The notes under the pieces: generated by a model
Databases searched by the model: none
Seen by the model: the letters and a program-made list of their open reading frames with translations, nothing else
What the model was told of the DNA's origin: nothing
Shown here: positions 1 through 13,900 of the stretch, piece by piece
Layout: every line of letters starts with the position of its first letter
How positions within the stretch are numbered: the first letter of the stretch is position 1
Translations under genes and position numbers: made by a program
Assembly: GCA_002633005.1 (NCBI GenBank)
Contig: NMRA01000098.1
Coordinates: forward strand, 16,388 to 80,387
Direction of reading: 5' to 3'
Length of the DNA stretch: 64,000 nucleotides
Origin: Phoronis australis
Lineage: Eukaryota; Animalia; Phoronida

Positions 1-2409
1 TGGCAATCGAGGAACAAATAAATTCAAGCGCCTGTGGCTGGGATAGCGTGGTTCATCAGTGGCGTCTGCATTTGGTATAAAGTCGCGGTGACAAATAGTG
101 CGATTCTACGGTCAAAATGCGGGGAGCGTGGAGTAGACAGAATATTTCGTGGAAAAATTGGATAAAAGAAACGGCAACTGTCTTAACAAACAACATTAAG
201 TCCAGGTTTTTGCTCTGTATTAACTTTGAGAGAGGAACAATTATGGAGTGCTTGGCCAAGTCGCCTTGGACTAAGCTGGAGTCGGAGGACCGACTGAAAG
301 CGATAAAACACTAGAAATAACGCTTCCTGAAAAGAAATTCAACTGTTACCGTTTATTCGTTGGATTGGAATCGTGGCATGTGAGTGATGTATGAAGTTCT
401 TCTGTTTGATCCCTCATGCACGCCCGTTGCCGTTGGCTGCTAGTGCTAGGCCTGACCTTCTGAGTGCGATTTTCTATGTGCCGCCGTAATTTTGTATCGT
501 AATTACAAGAATTGAAAATAATTTCATAGGTCTCCCTGCAGCAAATCAAAAATAAGCTACTGCCACTCATACTGCAAATTTTTCATCATTATCTAAATTA
601 TTATTTAATTTTAAAAAATATCTTTTGTTGCATCTAATTGCCTTCATTGTTGTTGCTGAAATAGATGTCAGGTACTGCTTAAGATGAGTGAGTTTTGCCA
701 ACACGACACAGTAAGAGGGCATCTTGTGATATGTTTACTTTCGATCTGTTGAGGTATGGTTTTGATTGAAATGTGTAGTTAGGGCAGTAAAAATCTTTTT
801 TGTCACGGATCATTCCAAGCCCTGTCTCTAACCCTTGTGAACCTGCAAATGTTTAGAGCGAATTTGAAAACTTCTTACAAAGTCTGCCAAACTGGCAAAC
901 ATGACCAATGTGTTAGTCACATGACAGCTTTGTGGAAAGACCACCCACCGAAAATAATAGTTTCTGTTATGTGACACAGTGTAGTGAGTGATGAATCTTG
1001 CTTTTATTACCATAACTCAATTGAGGTACCAGTGATGCATTTGTAGGGGACACACCAAGGATTGGTTGAAGTCACTGAAATAGTGTTTAGTATCCTTCTA
1101 AGATTTGGAAACATTCACATTGGAGTTTGAAACCTATTTACTCAATTTAACGAGAAGTTTGCCCCTTCTTTTGTTCAATTTTGCCATAAACAGTTTGACA
1201 ATTTAAAAGCCAATAGAACAGGCTCTGGGAAAATACAGTAATCATTCGAAAGCTTGATCCAAATTTGGGTAAGACTTTTCTAGAAGGTCATTGTGCCATT
1301 GACTATGTATGTGTAGATTTCTAGCGATTGTTTGATTATGGTGTGTGGAATCAAAGGGTTTACATAGTCAAGTTACATTGTTGCATTTTATAATACGGTG
1401 TAAGGAAGAGGAGGGATTTAACTTTGTGTTTCTCAATGCACTTCATCACATAAGCATTTCACTCAGTTTCATGTGGGCAACAGGTTTTTATTCATGTGTA
1501 TTAACAGTTGATTTCCAAAATGCACCCGTGCAGTTTGTTTTACGTTGTTACTTTTGTTAACTTCTACTTAAGTTTCCTTTGTGTCAACAATGTAACAATC
1601 AATAAGTGTTTTTGTTAAGAATCAAGATTTGAAAACATTTAATTTTTTGCTATTAACGGAAATATCTTGTGCAGCAGAGTTTAAAAACATTAAACATTAA
1701 AAAATCCCAAAGATTGCATTCCTGAAGAACAAATTCACAGAACTTTGTTGTCCAAGGATTATTTTATTACCCAAGTGTAATGTTGACTCTTTGTGTGTAA
1801 TAACATGTAAATGTCTGTTGTGTTAAAGAAAACCCGAGGAGAACTGGAGGTAACACTATCTTTATGATCAGAACTTATCTGTCAAATAGTTTCATGACCT
1901 GTCAAGTGTTTCTGCTTTAATCTGTTTCTGCTACTGTCACATTTAGCTGTTTGATAGTATTATAGTTTTCAGATTTTCTAATTTTCCAAATTTGCATTCA
2001 TTCATTTATCACCGGCGTAGCTGAGATTTAGTGTCAGAGTTTTAGAAAATATTAGATGTGCAGTACGCAATGTTACGAGCTTTATTTTAAAAAGTTTGCT
2101 TCCCTTGACTACTCTGATACGTTAGTTACATACTAAACTTTAATCTAGATTCAATGTCATTTGCTTCATTGTGCAACTTAAAAACAAACAGTTTAGAAAA
2201 GTGTCTAACATTTTGTTAAATTATTACAAAATGGGATGATTTCATGAAAGTTCCATCACGTCCTCTTTCTTTGCGTTTTCTTTCCTCAAATCTGCTTCCC
2301 AATGCACTCATTGTTCTTAGAAGTCTTTCCCTGAACTGTGTTTCTGATCTCCAACATATGTTCACTGTAAACCTTATCTAATATTTAGTAATATCAAGTA
2401 TTTAGCATA

Positions 2410-2560
2410 ATACTAATGACAATGATAAAAATAATAAATAAAAACGTAATAATAATAGCATAATAATAATGATAACATAATAACAATAACATAATAATAA
2501 CAATTACATCATATATGATAACAATAACAATAATAGAAGTAACAATAATAATAGCATTAT
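2410..2560. repeat. Degenerate (AAT/AAC)n microsatellite
   Basis: Run of aataataac-type triplets. Confidence 0.8.
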
Positions 2561-3037
2561 ATCATTAATGGTGTTATTATTGTTATTCTTGTAATGATTT
2601 AATTTATGAATACTTCAAATATCATTAACTAGACCTGTGAGTTGCTCTTCAGGACCATTCTCTGCCAGCTAGGTAATGTGAAGGAGACAGTCGCCACACA
2701 TTCAAAGTCCTGTCCAATACCTGGGCTGTATTCACAGATGCAAGAAACTTGCCAAAAGGCAAGATCTCAGAAGTCTTCGTGAGATGTCACCATGCATAAT
2801 AACGAAAGCACATGATCAATCATTCCGAGGTTTTCTTAGGTCTATGGGTAATTTAGAAAACCTGCAGTGGCAAAGAAAGCTAGAGTTATTACTCCCTCTA
2901 TTGGTTGCCAACAAAGTCAAATCTCCCTTGTGGGAATATTCAAATTTACTTCATTGGATTCATGAATTGATAGTCGGTTAGAATAATATCTAAATGTTTT
3001 GATTTTGATATTGGTAACCTTGATCCCTTATTTTCAG

Positions 3038-6000
3038 ATCGATTTCTGGAGGCACCTGTCGAGGAACCTGAAAAATCACCAGAAAAAACAAAAAAGAAAG
3101 GTATAACTAGTTCTGTGTAATTTACATCCTTCCAAACTTTCACTGCACCCTGTCATCTGCATGTTCTTGATTTTCAAACAGCATGTTGTCATTGATATGT
3201 GATCTTTCTGTCTGTTAGGAGATGACTGTCCGCAAGACTTGATGGATAAATCTTGCTCACTAACCTTTTTGTCTCAGTGTTTTTGGAATTTGTTAGACAA
3301 TGCAAGGTACACACAGCTGGTGTTTGAAAAAAGCTAAATGGCAGACTTACTAGTAATTTGAATTCAAGTAGCCTTGTTGCTTAACTAATAAAAATAATGT
3401 AGGATGGTAAAACCTGTAATTTCTTTCTAACATATGGCATGAATTGTTGTATACTCTCATTAAACAGACTGGGTTAAGTCTCAAGTGTTTTGAATGCCTT
3501 ATTCATTCTCCACTTTTTTTGATTTTGCTGGGGGATGCGCTCAAGACATTTGAATCTGAATTTTCCAGGTAAGAAAAAAAAGAAGAAGAAGAAAGAACCT
3601 CCTCCCCCTCCCGAACCTGGCCCTTGGCTACACGTACTCCATCTTGAGGATAATGGTATGGATGCCTTTGGAAGAGGAGCAAACTTTGCTCCCCTTGTCT
3701 GCATGAGAATGTTCAAAAGGTACGTTCCAACACCATTGGGGCTTGCTTCCCAAAATAGGTGCGTTTGTCTTCTACCACTACCACATAAAATTTGTCTTGA
3801 GTCTTGTCCACATATTATTTGGAATGTTTATTGCATTTTTATGGTGTCTTTTTGAACAGGTTAGAAATTAGCATTTAGATACACACTATATCGGATTTTG
3901 TACTATCATGCTCATTGCTTTTGAGCAAAAAGTAATGCAGTGACCCGTTGGCATTCAATGAAAAGGTTCGGTATATTGGTTAGTTTTGTAGGGCAACATC
4001 ATACAAATATGGACCAAGCCCAAGGGCAGTGTCAAGTTGTATGAAGTGAGGGCGTCCATCTTATTCAGTTACCATTTCAACAATGAAAATTTTACAACTT
4101 TTTCAGGCTAATTGCAAATTCCTCCTGCTTAAGAGAGCTTGACCTTGAACTGAACCTTATTGGCGACCTGGGAGGCAGAGAAATTATGGAGTCCCTGGAG
4201 GAGAGAAAGGAAGGTTAGTTCACTAACCGGATTGAGTGTCACAAAGATAAACCACCACATTACAGTGCATATAAGCAGTTCAAAAATATGGTAAGGCATA
4301 CTTATGCAAACCTAGGTTGATGGAAGCCATTACTGACAGAGGTGATGAGGAAAGGAAGGTGTGTTTAAATGTTTGAGAAATTTACTGGTCAACACCTTTT
4401 ACATACATGCGCTACCCAGCCTTCAATTTGGGGGGCATCGAATTCTTAAAGTTGTGATCCTTTTGCTAACAAAAAGAGCAGGCCGACTAAAAAAACAGCA
4501 CCACTGTGAATTGCGCATTTGCACTTATTTAGTGAACTTTTGTCCCATTTTCTCGGACTTTGTCTCTCAGGGGCGGACTTTTTTGCCCACTTTGCAAATG
4601 GGGGACTCATTCGAGCCCCCCGAGCCACCCCTGGGTGCGCGCATTGAATACATACCATGATTTCATTGTTTTTATCAGATAAATGAATTTTTTGTGTTAC
4701 GTGCTTTCAGCCAAACTACCCGGCATTAAAGTGAGAACAACTCATCGCATGAACAGCACCACCTTTGAGGCAATATGTAAACTAGGATCTGGCAAAATAA
4801 CCAAGAAAAAGAAAAAAGGAAAGAAGGTGAGATTTTTAGGATGTTTACTTAAATGCAGTTGTACGTGTCTTGATAGTGAATCTAATACTTCGCTTAAGGG
4901 AGTTGTATGGCTAAGTGCCCTCCTCATCATTAGGACTTTGACAGGTCGCTGATGGATCACATGCCTAATGACAGCCACATCTCAAGAAAGGTTAGTTTTT
5001 CACCTTCCTAGAACCTGGGATTGAATATTAATTAATCTCCTGCGATAGCTGTGTTATCAATCATGTGATCCACCAGTGAAAACATGCTGGTTACAGGTGA
5101 CCCAGGTAAGTGGGGTGTAATTTGTAAAGACAAATTATAAATCATGGCCTGCCGAAATCCTCACCACGAGGTTGCATCTTAGCCATGCAACTCCGCCTCT
5201 ATGCAAGTGCAGTATTTGATGACTACACGCGACACCCATGCAGCCTCATGTGCAAGTTCAGTGCAAGTTCCGTGTTCAGTTATAGTTTTGATTTTTATTA
5301 TATTCAGGTAGACACAATTGAAGATCTCAAAATTTTTGCCATGTTTTCCCATAGTTTATTTAAATGACGTTTCTTCTCTTCTTGCGTTCTAAATATTGAA
5401 ACTGTGGTATAGGTGAATGAACTTTAACAAACCTGTCCCAAAATGTTCGTTTCAATGCTAACAGCTGATTTTTGCCTCCTAGAGATCATTTGAGATTGGT
5501 CCCAATTTTAGAAAGGTGTGCAAACCCTGTCAAAAGGGATCTATGTTTTGCCAATGCCGTGAATGCTTCATGCGAGGATGAATGTCGATTTCTGCTCTGG
5601 TATGGCAAGGGTTGGGATGCACTAGGTACTTTACGAAGCGAGTTAGGAAGTTAATGACATTTTGATTTCTAATGGTAAATTAATCTGCTTGTTGTTTCAT
5701 GGTTGGATTGTACTGAACAACACTTGCTATAAGTTGAGCACTGCTAGAAGCCTCATGTGTAGTTTTATTTAAATGGATACCAAACCTGATTTTGGTGTTT
5801 TAACAGATACTGAAAAGGACTTTCCCGGCATCCAGTTCACTGAAACAAAACAATGCTTTGTAAGACTCAACAACCATGTGAAGTTTGGAGGAAAATTTTA
5901 AAACTCCTTTCAAAGTCTGCTAAACGGGCAAGCCTGACCCACCTTTTAGCAAATTACTTGCCAAGTGTGGGAAAAGACCACCCACTTAAGGCATAATGTT

Positions 6001-6435
6001 TTTGGAGACCAGTGGAATTTTATTTTGTAAAATTTCCAAACAATACTTTCAGTAGTCAAAACTTTTTTTTTGCATAGTCTGTACTGCACTGCAGTCATAA
6101 AACAACATCTTGGGAGAATTTGAATTCTATGATAACAAGATATTGAGCCTCTAAAATGGAACAATGGCAATTTTAGCAGTTATTTTTGTGCAAAATAACC
6201 AGTGAATTACTGTCTTGAACAGTTAGTAAAATAGACATCCTTGTCACGACAATGAAACATGAATTTTATGTACTTGGTGTTAATGGCGTAAGAGTATGTT
6301 GCTGTGCCAACAAGACATTTTCTTTTCTCCTACCAAAATAGTCCTCAGAATAGTTTTCATCTAAAATAAGCACTTACTATACTTCTAGGTTTTAACCGAC
6401 TTTTGTTTTGTTTTGTTTTTCAGAAAAAGAAGTGA
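3038..6435 (+). CDS. 3' part of a spliced leucine-rich-repeat (RI-like LRR) protein gene with Lys-rich segments; exons 3038-3100, 3569-3719, 4107-4213, 4711-4826, 6424-6435 (stop)
   Basis: Canonical ag/gt boundaries with compatible phases join into ...RFLEAPVEEPEKSPEKTKKKGKKKKKKKKEPPPPPEPGPWLHVLHLEDNGMD...LRELDLELNLIGDLGGREIMESLEERKEAKLPGIKV...KKKKKGKKKKK*. LxxLxLxxNxI/M LRR motifs are present. Upstream exons were not identified. Confidence 0.75.
4405..4645 (+). mobile_element. Short interspersed MITE-like element, family A; further copies at ~8820-9043 (inverted), ~36668-36870, ~52105-52340 and a fragment at ~61360-61445
   Basis: Shared core (ctgtgaattgcgc...ttagtggacttttgtctcattttctcggac) and termini resembling catgcgcgcaccc / gggtgcgcgcatg in several copies. 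Confidence 0.7.
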
Positions 6436-7479
6436 CTTTGATCGAAGACTTGAAACTACAATGACTTGTCTTTCATAAAATGTGTTTAATTGTTCATAAT
6501 GGTTTCTTACTAATTTTTTATGTCTACATTGTAGTCCTGGTCTGTATTGTGTTACAATTTGTATTTCTAACTAAATTACTTAGTTTATATTTTGATATAT
6601 CTGAAAAATTTCTAAATGTAGTTTATTGAAGGATGTGATAAAATTGTAAAGAGAAATGGTAAAGATTTCAACCTATTTCTGTAATTTAATATTTTGATAT
6701 TATTATTATATCTAAAATGATTCCTGCTGTCTCAACTGAAGGATGTGACATACTCTTAGAGAATGGATAATTTTGTACTTTTTATGTTTTTAATGTTCAG
6801 TCTAACACAAGTCTATTTATTCAAGTAACGGTTGTCATCTACTGTTGATGTTGTAGTCCTCAAATCTTTGCTGTAATACATTTACATTACGCGCAACTGT
6901 TCTATTCTCTTTTGTGTCCTTTCCAGTTTAAATTGAAACCACGAAAGAATTTCAAAAAGGACAGGTAACCATCTCTTGCTTGGGTGCAGCTTTTTTGAGT
7001 TCAGAAGTATTGACAAGGACCTTCCTGCAATAAAAGTTATTCTAAGACATGTTGTTTGTCGTTGCATGTCTGCAGAATTTAAATTAAGCGTTTGGACACT
7101 GTCTGATCATCGATTTTATAAATTCGTCTGATTGTCAGCACATCATTTTGTATCTGACAAAGCTTTTGGTCGTGATATAGCTGTAGTTAATATCTTGTAA
7201 AGATAGCTTGGGTTTTCGGTTAGACCATCGTTTGTAATTGGAACATAAAGTCTCAAAAACTCGTACAAAATGTTTGAGTGGATGTTGCGGTCTTTTTTGT
7301 TACTCAAGTGGGGTCGCTATAGTTCATTTCCTGTAGTCCAGCCTTGGCCACTCACGGGGATGTCATTGTAGTTGCCTCCCGTTGGTTGCGCTTATAGAAC
7401 GTATTTGCTATCATCCTTCAAGTTACAATAACTTAGAAAATAAATCTGAAACTAAAAGAGGCGATTCAAATCCTCTAAA

Positions 7480-7950
7480 TTATACAGTTGTGTTTCGAAA
7501 TTATTTAGAGCAAATTTGGACATTAAAAACCAAACTGACAAACCTATTGGCAACACACAATGTAACAAATCTAGATGCAAAATGTGTAACTTTATCAATG
7601 ACAATACTTCCTTCCAGTCTTCTCAAACCAATGAACACTTCGAAATAAAACATTATTCTGAATGCCCCAACAAAAATACCATTTACTTAATAACATGTAG
7701 AAAATGTTGCATTCAATATGTAGGACAAACGCAACATAATCTACAAACTCGGTTTCGAAATCATAGATTTAACATAATACATAAAACATTTCTGATACTA
7801 TAGGTAATAATTTCAATTCCGAAAAACATAATCTACAAAATCTTTCTGTACAAATAATAGAGAAACTCCATTACCCCAGTACCCTTCACAGATTCAAAAG
7901 AGAACAGTTTTGGCTAAATAAGCTTAATTGAACCTGATGGATTGAAGACT
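7480..7950 (+). mobile_element. Decayed Penelope-like retroelement GIY-YIG endonuclease fragment
   Basis: CNKSRCKMC...NTIYLITCRKCCIQYVGQT...LQTRFRNH, continuing after a frameshift to ...KREQFWLNKL..PDGL, matches the PLE GIY-YIG domain layout; disrupted by stops and frameshift. Confidence 0.8.
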
Positions 7951-8819
7951 TCTTAAATTATATCCTTTACTTTTTCCGCAACAATATATCATGTTCATTA
8001 CGCTTGATATCAGATGTCAATTGTCATATAATGTTTGATTTTACTTTATTTCTGTTTCTGTTGACGAAGGTCGTTATTCTATCCGAAAACTTTTTCATTG
8101 ATCCATTTTTGTTGTTTTATTAACGTATATTTATTAAAGTTACAAGAAATTGTCAACATGCCATGTAAAAATCAAGTCATTTTCGACAGCTGAGTTAACG
8201 GCCTCAGGAGCCTTAAGAAGAAACCCTAGACACGCTAATTTATAGCCAATTCGAGAAAACGTCATAGCTGTGGATGTATCTCTAGGCAACAACATGACTA
8301 AAGCGTCCTTGCATTATTTTCGCGCTCATCGTCATCCGTGTTTCTGTCCTGATCAATGATTGTAAAAATATATGTGGGTAGAACTTTGAATTTTAAAAAA
8401 TGAAATGCTTGTCTCTTGCTAACGAAAAAAGTTCTTTTCTTTCGGTCAACGAATTTTGTTCTGAAACCATGCGCATTCTTGTAATTCTTGTCTTACTGTA
8501 AACATACAATCACTAACTTTTATCGTCTCACGTAAAAGTTGATTTTAGCGCCTGATAACCGTGTTCCTATAGCGTGTCCTATTAACCCCTGGTCAACCAT
8601 TAAAAGATGGTAGGTCATGTACAGTTGCAACTGAAATTTCCACTATGTGCTGAAATTAACCTTTGCTAACAAAACTAGAAGATTTTGTGATCTCCAGTGT
8701 TCGCTAAATGAAGTATGATCTAGCTGGATTGTATGAAATATCATTTTCAGCAATGTCTCTGGTGCACAAATCTGTTTTATAGCCGATAACAAAATTTCTT
8801 CTGAATCATTACGTCAATG

Positions 8820-9043
8820 AGCATGCGCGCACCCAAGGTCCGCCCCTGAGAGACAAAAAGTCCGAGAAAATGAGACAAAAGTCCACTAAATAAACGCAAA
8901 GGCGCAATTCACAGAGGTGCTCCCGTTTTTTTTTTTCGTTTTTTTTTTTTCTTTTTTTTTAGTCCGCCCGCTCTTTTGTAAGCAAAAAGTCCACGTCAGG
9001 AATTCGAGCCCCTCCCCCCATATTGGAGGCTGGGTGCGCGCAT
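8820..9043 (-). mobile_element. Family A MITE-like element, inverted copy
   Basis: Reverse complement of 4405-4645 core; termini gcatgcgcgcaccc...gggtgcgcgcatg. Confidence 0.7.
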
Positions 9044-9937
9044 GAAGAACACGATTTAACGGAGAAGTTATAAATTGGCTTTGCGACACAGGACGCAATA
9101 AGTCAGTCAGCTTATTGTTAACAATCTGGCCTGTAGTACTTCAAAGGCCCCGAAGACGACTGAGTGCCCTGCCTTAAAAATAAAATGCTTCTTGAGTTTG
9201 AACTCTAGAAACTTACCAAATCAGTGGATGAAGGTTTGATCATAAGACAGCATATTGCAGTGGGATTACCAACAGTGCGTATCATTGATTATGTTGCTAT
9301 AAACCTTAATAGGGTTTGTACTGTTTTTCTGCGCTGATAACGCATAAATTAGACCCTCTACTAGTGGTATTAAAAACAGGCTTTTAGTGTCGTTTTTATC
9401 GCTGACTGATGTCGTGACAGTTTTTAAGCAGGCAACACTAATGGTGATTTTATAATATTACGATTAGGGTATGTTCGTTTTTTACGGTGTTATGGTAACA
9501 TGTTTCGGATGGAGCATTTTGTTCCTCTGTGCGTGTTTGGTTCAGTAGACCAACATTTCACCACCGTCGTATGGGACGATGCATGCTTCGTGAACGGCCT
9601 CTGCATCTCGCATAATTTGATTTTTACTTGTGGGGTTACACAAAGAAGAATTGTACAAGGCGAATCTCGCACACTGTAGAACTGGGACACACAGATTCAG
9701 GAGGGTTTTCAATACTACAGACGACGATCTTCAGAAGGTTGTTAGTTCCATCCTTCACGTTTGACGAAATACGATGACTTTATCCCATGTAATTTCAGTA
9801 CCCATGTATTGCAAACATGCTTTATTTTTTTCAGAATATCGATCTTATCACCAGTTTTCCAAGTCTATTTAATTTTCATCTTCCCAGTATATCAATTCTC
9901 TAGTGGTTTCCCTGATACAGTAGCTAAGTGATCTCCT

Positions 9938-10996
9938 TCAATGAATATCTTTTTTACCAGAGCTTGTACTGGACGAGTAGTTAACATGACCACGAATGAC
10001 CATGTTTTCTAGCATTGTTCTTCTTCTCAAAGAGGGGCGTCGCTTTTCACGCAAATTAGACGTTCGTCGTCCTTCCTTTGAAGCAACGTTGAAGTCGTAA
10101 TCTTCAAGAACATGTTTAACCGTTGGCGTGCGACCGGTCAGTGCTTCTCGCTGGGCTATAAACTTCCTCTTAGCACCTTCGTCAACAAGGGAGCGTCCGA
10201 ACGATGCGTCGGTGTGTAGCGATTTCTTACCTATAGCTTTGAACTCGATGTTCTCTACACTCTCTGGTCGAGAAACCATCTCAGGTGTAAACTGATTCGT
10301 AGTGCTCAAGACTTGTTCAACACAGCTTTGTTTTGAGTTCTGTTTAGGGTTCACCTGACCTTCATTTTCATTGCCTATTGTTTGGTTTATTTTTCTGCCC
10401 GATGACTTCCCACGGTGTACATTTTTTCCTGCTATTAAATGTGTTTTTGTTTGTTCCCCATGAGTTTCGTCACCCTTGCGTTCGTTGACACTCGGGTCTC
10501 TGCTTCTGACTTGGCCAGATGATTTAACGGACGGCGCCATTTTTGTGATTGAAGTCTTGATTACATTTGTATTTAAAAGAGATCGTCTTTTGTCTGGTTT
10601 CAGTCCTCCATTACCGTGGAGCTTAAACTGAAACAATTTTGAACTTCTGCGTTTCTCAAGTTTTTCTTTACTCTCAACTTTGTCCTTAAGTGGGTTGTTG
10701 CGGTTAGTCAACGCTCCTTCACCATCCAACGCGTAGCTTCGATATGTGCTCTTGGCGTCACTGGAATTTACACGTTGACTTTCAGAAGACGCGTTACACT
10801 GGTCTTCGCCGTCAAGCTGGCTTTGTTGTGCGTCTTCCATGCATGCGTCTTCCTCTCTTTTGGTCGGAAGGTGTAAGTTTGACGTTCCTGTCAGTTTTTC
10901 CACGTCACTACCATGACAGACGTCTGTGTGATGACTTACGTTTTGTTTAGTGCCATTCTGAAACGTGTCAGTTGCTGAGTCAACGGCTGTACCAAT
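9938..10996 (-). CDS. Terminal coding exon of the FN3 receptor gene (cytoplasmic tail, ends ...GKKDIH*)
   Basis: Acceptor tttttctttag at 10997; open frame continuous with ORF 9938..10903; phase 0 matches the upstream donor at 13714. Confidence 0.75.
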   Translation of the reverse strand: MGTAVDSATDTFQNGTKQNVSHHTDVCHGSDVEKLTGTSNLHLPTKREEDACMEDAQQSQLDGEDQCNASSESQRVNSSDAKSTYRSYALDGEGALTNRNNPLKDKVESKEKLEKRRSSKLFQFKLHGNGGLKPDKRRSLLNTNVIKTSITKMAPSVKSSGQVRSRDPSVNERKGDETHGEQTKTHLIAGKNVHRGKSSGRKINQTIGNENEGQVNPKQNSKQSCVEQVLSTTNQFTPEMVSRPESVENIEFKAIGKKSLHTDASFGRSLVDEGAKRKFIAQREALTGRTPTVKHVLEDYDFNVASKEGRRTSNLREKRRPSLRRRTMLENMVIRGHVNYSSSTSSGKKDIH

Positions 10997-13900
10997 CTAA
11001 AGAAAAATATTAAGATATCAGCGAGATAGGTAATTGTGAATGTTGATCTACAACCTCTTACGATGACCATTTGATACCGACCAAAAGTTTCCACGTTTCT
11101 TTATAATTTAAATGTATATAGGACGTATGATGGTTCAGAATAACAGTTTTACAATTTCGTTTAATGTTCCATCGTGTTAATAAGTTTACATGTCTAATTT
11201 ATGCACCTTTGAATAAATTGCTCAGTATGGTGCTTGGATCAACATTTATGATCAAGGGAGATCAGCACCATGACCTTAATCAAGTTAAAAGCAAGAAAAT
11301 CATCGTTTAGTCAACATATGAACACCACTTTTCAGTGATTCTTCTGAAACCCCCTCGACCCAGTTAACACAAACTCGACTCGGTCTGAACTGACAGAACA
11401 TGCGCTGCCTTGCGGGACCAACGAGTCTGGCCGTGAGCTCGGCTGGCTTTCCTTGTATTTATTGCAATTAAGAGAGTCGATTCGGCAAGATTGAAAGCCA
11501 AAGACAGATAAAAGCGACCAAATTAAATGAAGGACCTACCAACGTTACTGAAATATCGTTCCCGGTAGAGTGTAATAGCTCGCCTGCTCTTCATTGAACG
11601 GCTAGTTCAAGTTTTTTTGAGGAGTGTGTGAGGAACCGACGAATATGTTATTTCTTCAGTAAATACAGTTTAAAAAAACAAACTGACTAAAAAGTATCTC
11701 ACAGTTACATGGAATATATTGTAAACGAGTATACAACAGAAAGAAAATAATAAAAGTGTTAATTTAGGTGCCTTCACGTTAACGTACTCTCTCCCTAAGT
11801 GTAGAACAGGGACATTGGCAGCCGCTCGTGCAACTATTTCCGTGATAACGACAGCTCGCTTACACTCCGCTAATTCTGATCATGTTCTTTCGCCACTTTC
11901 TGTTTTCAACTACTAGACTTGAGCTACAGCAGATTCACGTGTAGGCAAGTCTTATGGGAAAGTCACTGAGCGGCGTAATGTGATTATGAAATGTGTAAAC
12001 ATGGGCGGCGCACCGTAGGGAACTGGGGGGGGGCTATAGCCCCCCTCCCCACTTTTTTCAGTGCTACGTCGCACATGGTCTATAGACGGTGCACACACAG
12101 GGGGGCTGAGGGGCCTTTAGCCCCCCCCACACTATTTTCAATGCTGCGCCGCCCATGTAAAAAGCGCAAACATACATCTATTGCCGCAGGTCGTGGGTCG
12201 ACGGGGTTGTCGGTCGTAGGTTGTGGGTTAAGGGGGTTGGGGGTTGTGGGGGCTTTAGGGTGTGCGGGTCCACGGAGTTTTAAAATAATCTACTTTTCAG
12301 ATTGAAATGAAAGACAACATGATGGAATTTTCCAGGAGACTTGTTATTGTTTCTAGTGAGCTCCACAAACGTGAATCATTCAACGAATAAAATATTTTGG
12401 GCAACGTGGTCAGAAACTAATAAACCCGTTTAAGTGTTCTCTCCTCAACTTTAGTCTGTACACTTAAGCTTCAATTGGCCCAAACTGTGCACAAAATGGA
12501 AGCTTCGCATGACCATTTTTACTGTTAAAGTGTTAAACAAGTTTTAACTCTTAAAAGAGCTTCTCTATTGAAAAATCATTTGATACATGAAAAGGTTTTT
12601 GTTCCGTTCTGAGACGAACAGTTTCCTATGGTTAAGTATTCTCAATATCTTCACTCAACTTTTTGACTTCCCAACGAAATTATTATTATTATTCAGTAAC
12701 TTTTCCAGACGTGAGGGGTGCCGAACGTGCGATAATATCTGGCTTAACTTAACTTTCATTTTGATCAGCCCACCCCAGTCAGGCTAGATACGATCTGATC
12801 GGAGATTAGAGCAATTATCAAACAAAAGAGCGCAGGCCCTCTAACCATCAACGCCAGAATGGAGTTAATTGGCTACGGGGGGTAAACTTCCCAACTTGTT
12901 GTTAGGCTATACAATCGAACAAGTTGGGAGCAACGGGATGTCGCCGTCATGAATCAACCGTGTTAAGAACTTTTCAAGTGTGTAAGCGTACACTAACCTT
13001 GGCCCAAGTTTTACTGTCTTGTACGCATGAAATAGCATTGTTCTGGTCAAGATGTGATCCCGCAACCCCAGTCGTATGACTGTTTTAGTCTAAATTGTAG
13101 AATCAATGTAACTGAAAAGTAGTTGCTCTTCCGGGCACTCGGTTGTAATAAGAATGTACGTAATACATATCAATCTTTATATTCCGCTGCTGGGAATGAA
13201 GTAAGATTTTTGTTTTACAGCACTTTTGGGAAGCCAACTTCTTTTTTGTAATTATTAGTAGGTTCTTAAGTACGTTGAATAACTTTTGCTGCTTGATAGA
13301 TGTAATTATGTTTGGAATAAAGTCCCTACGTCTCCTTCATATTTACCCCAACCCCCGCTCCCTTGGTCCTCATTCCCTTATCACTTCATTTCAGTTGTGG
13401 TTACTGAGGTTTATTTTTGACTTTCATCTTATGTGCATTAACTCTGTAATTTCTCCAACCCAGATATGATGCACAATGCTTTCTAGGTTTGTCTACCGCT
13501 GTTCAACGAGCTCTTATTGTATGCGATGAAATTTATCCAGTTTAAAAATAACAACAAAACAACTATATCAACGATATGGCTATGATGGCATTTCTGATTT
13601 GTATCGTCATATGTCAGTTATGTTGGTTCCGCCTTAACATTATTAAAACCTGGTGTTCGTTTGTACTGTATTGTTTTAAGATACTAACAATTACGTGACA
13701 ATTAAGAATAGTACCATTGTGCTGTCTGCATGTTCCAACGTGGATCCAATACAACTTCTCTCCAACAAATTTCCTTTTGCTCGAGGAGAACCGTTAGTTG
13801 CGTCGCTTTTTTCTGATCTTTGCAAAACGCGCTCACCTTCCACTCTGTGGCATGGGTGATCGACATCGCTTGAGCTTTTTGTTTTTTTGATGACGTTTTC

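Noticed and set aside
1-320. Possible upstream exon of the LRR gene
   Set aside because: No frame gave a convincing LRR translation with usable splice sites
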